A DNA stretch of 64,000 nucleotides, from NCBI GenBank assembly GCA_963702095.1, contig OY969706.1:1984001-2048000 (forward strand), given 5' to 3'. A model generated the notes under the pieces. The model was not told the origin of the DNA. It searched no databases and was given only the letters and a program-made list of their open reading frames with translations. Positions 8,768 to 18,265 of this stretch are shown here, one piece after another. How positions within the stretch are numbered: position 1 is the stretch's first letter; each line of letters opens with the position of its first letter. The stretch is from Candidatus Bathyarchaeota archaeon. Lineage in GTDB: Archaea; Thermoproteota; Bathyarchaeia; Bathyarchaeales; Bathycorpusculaceae. Both the position numbers and the translations under genes were made by a program.

Positions 8768-10333
8768 ATGATTTTACGTCACAAAATAGGCTTAGTTTAC
8801 CTCCCAGGCGCACTTCCCTGCTTTGAAGACTTCGGAAACCTCCCAACAAACCTCGTTTGCGCCGACGCCTTAGTCGACGGCAAACCCGCTTCAGAGGTTT
8901 TAGACATGCTCATCATTCCAGGCGGCAGCTTAGTAGAATCTGGAAGCATCAACCCACAAGTCACCAAAGAAATCATAAAAATGGCTGAATCCGGCAAGTA
9001 CGTGCTGGGTATCTGCTCGGGCTTCCAAGTTTTAGCTAAAGAAACCGATGTGGGGCGCCTCTCCACAATTCCAATCACCCGAGAAGGCCTCGGCTTATTA
9101 GATGCAGAGTTTTCTCCACTTATCTGCACCGACCGTGTAACCGCCGACATCGTGGACACAAGCTTTCTCACCAAAGAAGTCGGCAAACAAGTAACAGGGT
9201 TCCACTGCCACACCTACGGAGAAATAAAACTGGGAGGCGACGCCAAACCCATCCTTATCACCCACGCCCAGCACGTTAACTATTTTGTGAGGGGCAAAGA
9301 TTTGGTGTCAGGCGTTTCAAATAAAGACGGCAACGTAGTGGGCGTCTTCATCCATGGTTTACTGGATAATAACCCAACAATCACTGGGAGCATCATAGAA
9401 TCGCTTGACCTAAACCAAACCGACCTCGCGGCAATTAAGGAGGCTAACGCTAAGCTTCTGGAGAAAATTAAAGGCGAAGTCGGCGTCTCCACCGGCATAC
9501 ACCAACAGCCCCCCATCGTGAGCAAAGTGCCAAAACTTTTGTTGGTGACAGCGTTAGCCAGTGGTTCAGGAAAAACTTTTGTGGTAACAGGAATCGCTGG
9601 AGCCTTAAAGAAATGCGGGTACAAAGTCGGCGTAATCAAAGTGGGCGGAGACATCCGAGATGCTGTTCCCTCACTTTACCTGATTAAGGAACCCATGAGA
9701 GAGTACTCCTCCATCAAGGTTGGGCAAAGCGGCTGGATGTCGCCCGAACAAGCAGTCAAAGAGGCAGCTAAAGACTACAATTTCTTGCTTGTTGAAGGCG
9801 CCATGAGTGCCTTCACCGGGTTACTAAACACCAAATATACTCGGCCCATGTCAACTGTTGAAGTAGCCGCCGCTTTAGGTGCCTCAACTGTTCTGGTGGT
9901 GGCATGCGACCAAGAAGGCTTAGAAGGCGCCTTGCTCGACACACTCAACAACATTGTTGCCCTAAGAAGCTTAGGTGTAAACACGACCGGCGTCATATTA
10001 AACAAACTCCACATCAGCTACATGACTAAAGAAACCGTGGCTATGATGAAGGATGCTTTCGCAAAAGTGGGCGTGCAACTGCTGGGTATGCTTCCACGTC
10101 TGGATTTGCAGCACCGGGGAATGATTCCGGAAGTGGAAATTCGCTATGACGATTTCTGCGCACAAGCAGTTGAAACCGTCGAAAAATGTCTTAACTTAGA
10201 TTTGCTAACGGAGGTGGCTGCACCGCCTAAACTCGCCAAAATCGACTATGACGCTTTGACTGCTAAATTCAAAAACCTCTTAACCAACTACACCATTAAC
10301 GCTTCCAAAGGTGGCAAACAAGAAAAGTGTTAA
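8768..10333 (+). CDS. CobB/CobQ-like glutamine amidotransferase with inverted domain order (GATase N-terminal, P-loop ATPase C-terminal)
   Basis: IPGGS, GICSGFQ nucleophile elbow, GLGLLDA, FIHG; then ASGSGKT, KVGGD, LVEG, GVILNK. Confidence 0.8.
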   Translation: MILRHKIGLVYLPGALPCFEDFGNLPTNLVCADALVDGKPASEVLDMLIIPGGSLVESGSINPQVTKEIIKMAESGKYVLGICSGFQVLAKETDVGRLSTIPITREGLGLLDAEFSPLICTDRVTADIVDTSFLTKEVGKQVTGFHCHTYGEIKLGGDAKPILITHAQHVNYFVRGKDLVSGVSNKDGNVVGVFIHGLLDNNPTITGSIIESLDLNQTDLAAIKEANAKLLEKIKGEVGVSTGIHQQPPIVSKVPKLLLVTALASGSGKTFVVTGIAGALKKCGYKVGVIKVGGDIRDAVPSLYLIKEPMREYSSIKVGQSGWMSPEQAVKEAAKDYNFLLVEGAMSAFTGLLNTKYTRPMSTVEVAAALGASTVLVVACDQEGLEGALLDTLNNIVALRSLGVNTTGVILNKLHISYMTKETVAMMKDAFAKVGVQLLGMLPRLDLQHRGMIPEVEIRYDDFCAQAVETVEKCLNLDLLTEVAAPPKLAKIDYDALTAKFKNLLTNYTINASKGGKQEKC

Positions 10334-10981
10334 TCGACCTAAAACTCGAAGGCAAAACCGTCATGGTAGTCGGCGGAGGCGCAGAAGCCCACCGCAAACT
10401 CCAAAGCATAATCGGCTCAGGCGCTAAAGTCTGGGTGATAAGCCGAGAATTCTCCGACGAAGTTAAGAAACTCGGCGAGGAAAAGAAGGTTGCCTTGCTC
10501 AAGACAGGCATCAAAGACGCCCAAGCCTTCGTGGACAGCCTCAGCCCAAAACCCTACATACTCTTAGCCGCCACCAACGACAGCGGCCTTCAACTTGGGG
10601 TTGGTTAAAGCCGCCAAATACTACGACTGCATGGTTTATGCGGTGGATAATCCGCAACTGAGCGATTTCATTTTGCCTGCAGTGGCGCATGTAGGCGATG
10701 TGAAAGTGGCTGTTTCCACAGGGGGCAAAAGCCCAGCGATGGCACATGTGCTCCGCGAAAGGATAGAGAAACTAGTCACTCCGCAAGACCTACTTGAAAT
10801 CGAATTACAAGAAAAAGCCAGAACCGCCCTCAAAACCAAGATCTCCGACCCAAGTCTGAGAAGTAAATTGTTATATGAGATATTGAATAACGTAGACATC
10901 AAGCGTGCCCTCTCAGAAGGTAAGCTGACTGAGGCAGAAGAATTAGCTACCAAACGCATCGAAGGAGAAACAAGACAATGA
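10327..10981 (+). pseudogene. sirC: precorrin-2 dehydrogenase (SirC / CysG N-terminal-like), split by one extra base near 10589
   Basis: VVGGG.EA.RK and AATND in one frame; VDNP..SDF..PA and VAVSTGGKSP in the next frame. Confidence 0.88.
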
Positions 10982-11952
10982 GTTTTCCAACTGTACGAAT
11001 GAGAAGACTACGCAGAACCCAAGCCCTGCGCGATATGCTTAACCAGATTACACTCAACCCAGCGCACCTGATTTACCCCATCTTTGTTGAAGAAGGCATC
11101 AAGAAGCCTGTTCCAATCGCGTCTATGCCAGGCTACGCCCGACTGCCCCTCTCCATGGTTGCGGAAGAAGGCAAAGCAGCGTTGGCACAGGGCGTCAAAA
11201 GCGTGCTCCTATTCGGCATACCCGCCAAAAAAGACCAAGAAGGCACCTCAGCCTACGCCCAAAACGGCATAGTGCAGCAAGCCATCCGCGAACTCAAGAA
11301 AGCCCATGGAGACGAACTCGTCGTCATCGGCGACGTTTGCCTCTGCGAGTACATGAGCCACGGTCACTGCGGTATCGTCAAAAACGGTGAAGTACAAAAT
11401 GACTCTACATTGGAGTTACTGGGAAGAATTGCTGTAAGCTATGCCGAAGCAGGTATCGACATCGTTGCGCCCTCTGCGATGATGGATGGTCAAATCATGG
11501 CTATCCGCGAGGCACTTGATGAAACTGGGCACGAGAACAGCCCAATCATGGCATATGCCGCCAAATATGCTTCGGGCTTCTATGGACCCTTCCGTGAAGC
11601 AGTTGAGTCCACGCCTAAATTTGGAGACCGACGCAGTTACCAGATGAGCCAAAGCAGCCCAGAGGAGGCGTTGCGTGAAATGGAACTTGATGTTGCAGAA
11701 GGCGCCGACATGATAATGGTCAAACCCGCCTTGGCATACCTCGACATCATCGCCTTAGCCAAAGCCAACTTTAATGTACCAGTCGTTGCCTACAACGTCA
11801 GCGGCGAATACAGCATGGTCAAAGCTGCAGCTGCCAACGGGTGGATAGACGAAAAAACCATCATCCGCGAAATCCTTGTCGCTATGAAACGCGCCGGCGC
11901 CGACCTAATCATCACTTACCACGCTAAAGACGCAAAATCCTGGTTGACATAA
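10978..11952 (+). CDS. hemB: porphobilinogen synthase
   Basis: RMRRLR, DVCLCEYMSHGHCG, APSAMMDG, FYGPFREA, MVKPA, YNVSGEY. Confidence 0.97.
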   Translation: MSFPTVRMRRLRRTQALRDMLNQITLNPAHLIYPIFVEEGIKKPVPIASMPGYARLPLSMVAEEGKAALAQGVKSVLLFGIPAKKDQEGTSAYAQNGIVQQAIRELKKAHGDELVVIGDVCLCEYMSHGHCGIVKNGEVQNDSTLELLGRIAVSYAEAGIDIVAPSAMMDGQIMAIREALDETGHENSPIMAYAAKYASGFYGPFREAVESTPKFGDRRSYQMSQSSPEEALREMELDVAEGADMIMVKPALAYLDIIALAKANFNVPVVAYNVSGEYSMVKAAAANGWIDEKTIIREILVAMKRAGADLIITYHAKDAKSWLT

Positions 11953-11953
11953 C

Positions 11954-13255
11954 TTGACTGAACCCAAATCCAAAGTGCTCTTTGAGAGAGCCAAAAAAGT
12001 CTTGCCCGGCGGAGTAAACAGCCCCGTCCGCGCATTCGACCCCTACCCCTTCTTCGTCGAATCCGCTTCAGGAAGCAAACTATACAGTGTAGACGGCAAA
12101 ACATACGTTGACTACTGCATGTCTTACGGTGCCTTGCTTTTGGGTCACGCATTCCCAGAAGTCATGGAAGCTGTGAGGGCACAACTTGCCAAAGGCACAC
12201 TCTACGGCGCCCCAACCGAACTCGAAATCCAGTTTGCCGAACTCATAGGCAAAGCCTCGTCCTGTATGGAGATGCTGCGTCTCGTCAGCACGGGCACAGA
12301 AGCCACCATGCACGCCATCCGGGCAGCCAGAGGCTACACCGGCCGCAAAAAAATCGTTAAATTCGACGGTTGCTTCCATGGCAGCCACGACAACGTCTTG
12401 GTCAAAGCGGGGTCAGGCGCAGCCACTTTTGGCACCCCCAACTCATTGGGCATCCCCGAGGAAACAACCCGCAACACTATCGTGCTGCCCTACAACGACG
12501 TGGAAGCGCTCGAAGCCACTTTCAAAGCGGAAGGCAACGACATCGCAGCAGTCATCATCGAGCCGGTGTTGGGAAACGTGGGTTTGATTCTGCCCAAAAA
12601 AGATTATTTGCAAAACTTAAGAAAAATCACCGCTTCAAACGGCACCGTTTTGATTTTCGACGAAATCATCACAGGCTTCCGACTGGCCCTCGGCGGCGCA
12701 CAGGAGTTCTTCCGCGTTAAACCCGACATGGCAACCTTAGGCAAGGTTTTGGGCGGTGGTTTTCCGTTGGCGGCGTTTGGCGGCAAAAAAGAAATCATGC
12801 AAACCATAAGCCCCGTCGGCAAAGTCTACCAGGCGGGCACTTTTAGCGGCAACCCCGTCTCAGCCACCGCAGGCTACACCATCCTCAATTACCTAACCAA
12901 GAACAAGAGCCAAATCTACCCTAAACTCCAAAAAAACGCCTCCGAACTCACCAAAGCCCTAACCGACCTAGCCACAGCCCACAATGTACCCGCACAAGCC
13001 TACAATGTTGCCAGCATGTACCAAATCTTCTTCACCTACAAACCCGTCGTCGACTACGCCTGCGCCAAAACCTCAGACACAACCATGTTCACCACGTACT
13101 TCCAAACCCTACTCAAAGAAGGCGTATTCATTCCACCCTCCCAATATGAAACCTGTTTTGTCTCCGCAGCACACACTGAGGAAGACCTCAAATTCACCAT
13201 CGGCGCCTTCGACAAAGCCTTAGCAGCGGCGGGTAAACTGAGGAAACAGGCATGA
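11954..13255 (+). CDS. hemL: glutamate-1-semialdehyde 2,1-aminomutase
   Basis: PGGVNSPVRA, TGTEATM, FDEIITGFR, GKVLGGG, YQAGTFSGNP. Confidence 0.97.
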   Translation: MTEPKSKVLFERAKKVLPGGVNSPVRAFDPYPFFVESASGSKLYSVDGKTYVDYCMSYGALLLGHAFPEVMEAVRAQLAKGTLYGAPTELEIQFAELIGKASSCMEMLRLVSTGTEATMHAIRAARGYTGRKKIVKFDGCFHGSHDNVLVKAGSGAATFGTPNSLGIPEETTRNTIVLPYNDVEALEATFKAEGNDIAAVIIEPVLGNVGLILPKKDYLQNLRKITASNGTVLIFDEIITGFRLALGGAQEFFRVKPDMATLGKVLGGGFPLAAFGGKKEIMQTISPVGKVYQAGTFSGNPVSATAGYTILNYLTKNKSQIYPKLQKNASELTKALTDLATAHNVPAQAYNVASMYQIFFTYKPVVDYACAKTSDTTMFTTYFQTLLKEGVFIPPSQYETCFVSAAHTEEDLKFTIGAFDKALAAAGKLRKQA

Positions 13256-14187
13256 AGTTGAAAGTTGGCACAAGGGGCAGTAAACTCGCGTTAGCACAGA
13301 CAAACCGCACGCTTGAGTGGATTAAAGCCAAAAACCCCAAGGTAGAGTTCGAACTGAAAATCATCCACACAATCGGCGACAAAGAACACGGCAAACCCCT
13401 CTTCAGCATCGACTGCAAAGGGATATTTGAGAAGGAAATCGATCAGGAAGTTGTTGCAGGCGAAATTGACTTTGCAGTGCATAGCTTAAAAGACGTGCCC
13501 ATTGTGGAGCAGCAGAGTGGCACGGTTTTAGCCTCAATTCCCAAACGAGACTCACCCCACGACGTGTTCATCTCCAAAAACAAGGTTCCGCTAACAAAGT
13601 TGCCCCAAGGCGCCGTGGTTGGTACAGGCAGCCTCCGCCGCCTCGCAGAAATCAAGTACATCCGCCCCGACCTCCAAGTGGAACCCATCAGGGGCAATGT
13701 GGACACACGCATCGGCAAAGTCCGCAAAGGCGACCTCGCAGGCATAGTCATCGCCGAAGCTGGGCTGGAACGCATGGACATCACCAGTGAAATCACAGAG
13801 CGACTCCGCCTCAACGAGTTTCCCTCTGCAGCTGGACAAGGCGCCATTGCAATCGTCGCCAAAGAAGACAACACCGAAGTAATCAAGCTCCTTCAATCAG
13901 TCGAGGATAACGCCAGCCGAGCCGAAATCACCGCTGAACGCAGCCTTGTCCTCAAGTTGGAAGGCGGATGCCGCGTGCCCATCGGTGCAGTCGCCAAAGC
14001 AGACGGCGACAACCTTAGCCTCCACGGCTGTGTGTTCTCGCTGGAGGGGGGCAAAAAAATATTTGCCCAAGCAGAAGGCACAATTTCTCAGGGAGTAGAT
14101 TTGGGCAGAAAAGTGGGCGAAGACCTAATAGCGCAGGGCGCAAAAGACTTCGAAAAGGAATGGAGAGAAAAATATGGCGTATGGTAA
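13252..14187 (+). CDS. hemC: hydroxymethylbilane synthase
   Basis: GTRGSKLALAQ, VHSLKDVP, GTGSLRR, RGNVDTR, GGCRVP. Confidence 0.97.
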   Translation: MKLKVGTRGSKLALAQTNRTLEWIKAKNPKVEFELKIIHTIGDKEHGKPLFSIDCKGIFEKEIDQEVVAGEIDFAVHSLKDVPIVEQQSGTVLASIPKRDSPHDVFISKNKVPLTKLPQGAVVGTGSLRRLAEIKYIRPDLQVEPIRGNVDTRIGKVRKGDLAGIVIAEAGLERMDITSEITERLRLNEFPSAAGQGAIAIVAKEDNTEVIKLLQSVEDNASRAEITAERSLVLKLEGGCRVPIGAVAKADGDNLSLHGCVFSLEGGKKIFAQAEGTISQGVDLGRKVGEDLIAQGAKDFEKEWREKYGVW

Positions 14188-14929
14188 AGTTTTCCTTGTC
14201 GGCGCAGGCCCCGGCGACCCCCAACTACTCACAATCAAAGCCGTTAAAGTGCTAAAGGAAGCAGACGTAGTAATCTACGACCGACTGGGCGTCAGCGCGG
14301 ATGTGCTTTGTTTAGTGCCCGATGACGCCGAACGCATTTTTGTGGGCAAACGCACGGGCATCCATGAGGTGCCACAGGACAAAATCACTGAACTCATCAT
14401 CGAGAAAGCCAAGGAGGGCGGCAACGTGGTGCGGCTCAAAGGCGGCGACCCCTTCATCTTCGGACGGGGCGGCGAAGAAGCCGAGGCACTCGTCGCGGAA
14501 GGCATCGAATTCGAAGTGGTGCCCGGAGTCAGCTCGTCGGTTGCGGCTCCGATGTATGCGGGTATACCGTTGACTCACCGTGACTACGCTGCGTCAGTTG
14601 CCATCATAACGGGGCACCGTGCGGGAGACTCCGAGAAACCTATCGACTGGGTGAAAATCGCCAACGCCGTCGACACCATGGTCATCTTGATGGGCGTCGA
14701 ATCGCTGGAGGGCATTGTGGGGAAGCTACTGACAGGCGGCATATCTCCAAGCAAGCCAGTCGCAATGGTTGAATCAGGCACTCTTCCACAGCAACGCACC
14801 TTAATCGCCAATTTAGGCACCATCATCAAAGAAGCCGAGGAGAAGCAGATCAAGCCGCCCTCAGTCATAGTTATCGGTGAAGTCGCCAATTTAGGCAGGA
14901 AACTGGCATGGTTCAAAGAACCCCTCTGA
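14174..14929 (+). CDS. cobA: uroporphyrinogen-III C-methyltransferase
   Basis: LVGAGPGDP, RLKGGDPFIFGRGGEE, GIPLTHR. Confidence 0.96.
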   Translation: MAYGKVFLVGAGPGDPQLLTIKAVKVLKEADVVIYDRLGVSADVLCLVPDDAERIFVGKRTGIHEVPQDKITELIIEKAKEGGNVVRLKGGDPFIFGRGGEEAEALVAEGIEFEVVPGVSSSVAAPMYAGIPLTHRDYAASVAIITGHRAGDSEKPIDWVKIANAVDTMVILMGVESLEGIVGKLLTGGISPSKPVAMVESGTLPQQRTLIANLGTIIKEAEEKQIKPPSVIVIGEVANLGRKLAWFKEPL

Positions 14930-15732
14930 GCGGCAGAGTCATCGCCATCACCCGCCCCATGGGGCAAGCTGAAGAAGCAGGCGAACTCATACGCGCTAAA
15001 GGCGGCGTCCCCTACTACATACCCGCCATAGAAATCAAGCCCCTAAACAAGCCGGAGCCCATGAAGAAATTCATCGCCGAACTCCAAGAAGGCACTGTGG
15101 ACTATGTTATTTTGATGAGTACCAACGGCGTCAAGTATCTTTTTAGCGCCGCTGAAGATTTGAAGCTAACTATGCAACTTCGCGAGGGCTTAGCCAAAAC
15201 CTTCGTCATCGCAGTCGGTCCCAAAACCGCAGAAGCCATAAAAGAAACAGGCGTCCACGTGGATTTGGTGCCTCAAAAATACAGTGGCGAAGGCTTACTT
15301 GAAGCCCTAAAAGACACCGACGTTGCGGGTAAAAAAATCCGTATGCCAAGAACCAGCAATGCGCCTCCAACGCTAAGCCAAGCCCTCAAAGCCAGAGGCG
15401 CTGACGTGGAAGAGATTTACGTGTACGAGTCGGGTTTGCCCGTGGATGAGGCGTTGAAAACCAAATTCTACGACGACCTCACAGGCGGACGCATAGATGC
15501 AGTTCTATTCGGCAGCGGGCTAAGCGCCAAAAACATCTTCAAAATGCTCACCGAAAAAGCATCCATGGAGCAACTAAGAAAGGTCCTCGCCGAAAAAGTC
15601 ACCGTCGTCGCCATCGGACCCACAACCGCCGAAGCCCTAAAAGAACTCCAAGTCAAAGTAGACGTGATGCCGGACGACTACCTCTTTGATAAAGCCCTCG
15701 ACGCCCTTGCCGACTACTGGGCAGAGTGTTAG
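14908..15732 (+). CDS. hemD: uroporphyrinogen-III synthase (possibly fused to CobA)
   Basis: IAITRP, STNGV, AVGPKTA, VYES, AIGPTTA. Confidence 0.92.
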   Translation: MVQRTPLSGRVIAITRPMGQAEEAGELIRAKGGVPYYIPAIEIKPLNKPEPMKKFIAELQEGTVDYVILMSTNGVKYLFSAAEDLKLTMQLREGLAKTFVIAVGPKTAEAIKETGVHVDLVPQKYSGEGLLEALKDTDVAGKKIRMPRTSNAPPTLSQALKARGADVEEIYVYESGLPVDEALKTKFYDDLTGGRIDAVLFGSGLSAKNIFKMLTEKASMEQLRKVLAEKVTVVAIGPTTAEALKELQVKVDVMPDDYLFDKALDALADYWAEC

Positions 15733-17015
15733 TCGGTTTTTATTTCGATGTTTATGCGGCGGATTATGGGGATAGCTAACGCCGTGATAACCGCAGCCAA
15801 AGCAAAACCTACCGCGTAGCCGAATGTGCCTATGACGACTCCGCCGATAAGCGCCCCCAAAACGTTTGCCAACGAAACCACCGCCAACAACTCACCCTGT
15901 ACAGTGCCCTTTTTGTTATATTGTGCCTGTGAAATCGCAAAACACATAATTGGGTACCAAACAAGCGCGTAGCAAATCAGAAAAAGAATCTCGAAGATTA
16001 ATGGAAAAATAAACGCGAAAGACACTTGGGTCAATAAAAACACGGTTAAACCCGCCCAAGACAGGATAATCACTGACCGCGACGCCATCATCAAAGTCAT
16101 CAGCCGCTGATACTCCAACTTCACTCTGGGCATCAAACTTGAAAAGGAAAAAACCGTTGCAACGTTTTCAGCTACGGTGATGGAGAGGATAAAGCTTGCA
16201 GACAACCCGATGGCGCTCATAAACGGCACCTCACCGACACTGTAAGCGTAGACCCCTGTCCAATGAATTAGGCAAGCAATGAATAGCAGATGTAGTGGTT
16301 TGAGGCGGCGTAGGCTCTTGGGCACCCTGATTTTTCTTATGTCAAAATATTCGAGCACCGACATCGATGTTGGCTGCTCCTCATCCTGCACGTTGATTAT
16401 GGCGTAGGCTTCGCGTTCCAGAGGCAACATTGGCTCCTTGGCAGTGCGCCAAAGAATCAACGCTGAGCCCACACAGAACCACGCAGCTAAATAAAGCACC
16501 CAACTCAGCGGAATCACCAATGTTATTAGGCTGTTGACGACTAAGCCTATGATGACGCCTAGGTTCCAGTAAGAGTTGTATTTGATGATTTCTTTCTGCC
16601 AGTCTTTGCCTTCGCGGGACTCGACGGCGTACATGGCAGCGATGGGTTGGATGCCAGCAGTAAACACCGCCAAAACCGTATAGAGCAAAATAAGCTGCCA
16701 CACTGCCCCAGCTAAACCAAGTAGGACAAACACGGGTGCAGAAGCCAAAAAGAGCACCAGCATAAACCGAACGCGTAACCCATAATAGTCTGATAATCTG
16801 CCCCATGCAATCGACATGACTATGGTGGCCCCTGAACTGGCTGCGATGATTAAACCGATTTCAAAGAGGCTGGCGCCCAGTGACAGCGCCGCAAGCGTGA
16901 TTACAACTCGTATGGAGCCCACTGCCATGTTGATGGGAACCAAAGAAAAATACCATTTAGAAGAGTTGCGGCTGATTCGGCGGATAGAACACATAAAATC
17001 CCAGAGCGCCAACAT
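15729..17015 (-). CDS. MFS transporter
   Basis: About 12 hydrophobic segments; WGRLSDYYG motif A; start uncertain. Confidence 0.8.
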   Translation of the reverse strand: MLALWDFMCSIRRISRNSSKWYFSLVPINMAVGSIRVVITLAALSLGASLFEIGLIIAASSGATIVMSIAWGRLSDYYGLRVRFMLVLFLASAPVFVLLGLAGAVWQLILLYTVLAVFTAGIQPIAAMYAVESREGKDWQKEIIKYNSYWNLGVIIGLVVNSLITLVIPLSWVLYLAAWFCVGSALILWRTAKEPMLPLEREAYAIINVQDEEQPTSMSVLEYFDIRKIRVPKSLRRLKPLHLLFIACLIHWTGVYAYSVGEVPFMSAIGLSASFILSITVAENVATVFSFSSLMPRVKLEYQRLMTLMMASRSVIILSWAGLTVFLLTQVSFAFIFPLIFEILFLICYALVWYPIMCFAISQAQYNKKGTVQGELLAVVSLANVLGALIGGVVIGTFGYAVGFALAAVITALAIPIIRRINIEIKTD

Positions 17016-17167
17016 CGAGGCGGGCTCAAATATACGTTTACTGTGAAGCTTAATTTCTCTTTAGCAACACTGTTGCTGTGCCTATACAGCCACTTACGTT
17101 TAAGATGCTCAACCGCCAACCAATAAAATGGATGAATCGTCTTTTTTGATTTTTAGGAGGTGGAATT

Positions 17168-17365
17168 ATGGAAGCAGCAGATAAAACAGGTAAAATCAAG
17201 TTGACCATGGAGTTAGAAATTAACCCTGCCGCCATGGAGCTCATTAAAGAAAACATGTCCAACATGATGGAGATGGCTCAGCAGTGGCGACAGAACATGG
17301 GTCAAGGCGGCAAAGGAAAGATGGGCGAAGGACACATGGGCATGATGCATCATGGCTCAGAATAG
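17168..17365 (+). CDS. small protein with Met/His/Gly-rich C-terminus
   Basis: GGAGGTGG ribosome-binding site before ATG; ends GHMGMMHHGSE. Confidence 0.7.
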   Translation: MEAADKTGKIKLTMELEINPAAMELIKENMSNMMEMAQQWRQNMGQGGKGKMGEGHMGMMHHGSE

Positions 17366-17368
17366 CCG

Positions 17369-18145
17369 CTATAAATAATCAGAGGTGAATGATGGTTCAT
17401 CAGCTACAGAAGCGATGACTTGAGCCGCAAACTCCTCTTGCTCTATTTCTCCCGAAACAGCCACCCAAACTGAGCCTTCGGCACCACATACGCCGCCAGC
17501 CGCAATCAACTCCACCTCGGCAGCAGTCAACGCCCGCAAAGCCTCTAACTCAGTGAACACTTCACCGTTGATTGGCAGCAAACGGTATCCGCCTGCACCG
17601 GGGGCGTTGATTTTCGCTGCCAAAGCATCTAAGTCGCCTGTTATGCGCTTCTCTAATCCAACGGGTATTATGAGTTTAACTCGGCGTCCCACAACTGCGG
17701 GCAAGGCTAAGCCTATGGTTCCAGCTTTGGGGTGACCAATCAAAAGAGCAGCACGATTATGCTCTAAGTCCAAGGCGTTTGCACCCTTCAAAATCACATC
17801 GCCCTCTTTTAAGTCGTCAACTACGTCGGCGATGGTTTTGCCCTTCTCCCAGACGCCCTTGACTATGACGACGTCGCCGGGGAATTTACTTTCGTCAGAC
17901 AACCTTCCTTCCTTTGTTACGGGCCCATTTGGAGGCATGGTTATGCCACGGAAAAAATGTTTTCTCAAAAAGTCGCCTGCTATGTTGTGGGTTTTAAAGA
18001 TTTCTTCAACTACATAGCCGTTGGTTGTTCCAGCGACTATAACGATTGTACCGTTTTTGAGGGCTTTTCGGATGGCCGGGTGGGTGGCGAGTGTTTTGGC
18101 GATTAAACGTTTACCCATAGCGGGTGTAATCAGGAATTGCTTCAA
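17369..18145 (-). CDS. conserved hypothetical protein (alpha/beta; GTTNGYV, KGANALD, PVGLEK)
   Basis: Long protein-like ORF; probable TTG start at 18145 preceded by AAGGAG. Confidence 0.7.
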   Translation of the reverse strand: MKQFLITPAMGKRLIAKTLATHPAIRKALKNGTIVIVAGTTNGYVVEEIFKTHNIAGDFLRKHFFRGITMPPNGPVTKEGRLSDESKFPGDVVIVKGVWEKGKTIADVVDDLKEGDVILKGANALDLEHNRAALLIGHPKAGTIGLALPAVVGRRVKLIIPVGLEKRITGDLDALAAKINAPGAGGYRLLPINGEVFTELEALRALTAAEVELIAAGGVCGAEGSVWVAVSGEIEQEEFAAQVIASVADEPSFTSDYL

Positions 18146-18210
18146 CTCAAAGGCTCCTTTTGGGTACATTGATAATCCAGTTGGGCTTAATAATTTAGTG
18201 CTTCGCAAGG

Positions 18211-18222
18211 TTAGTCAAGAAA
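18211..18222 (+). repeat. TTAGTCAAGAAA motif, 14 nt before a TATA-like CTTTAA
   Basis: Exact 12-mer recurs at 62504-62515 with the same 14-nt spacing to CTTATA. Confidence 0.7.
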
Positions 18223-18265
18223 CATGTACAAGAACCCTTTAATTTGATGGTGAACCGAGCATTCT

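Noticed and set aside
398-15656. Many long antisense or alternate-frame ORFs over cbi/hem genes (e.g. 1493-2236, 5754-6350)
   Set aside because: Shadow frames of well-supported genes, with no motifs
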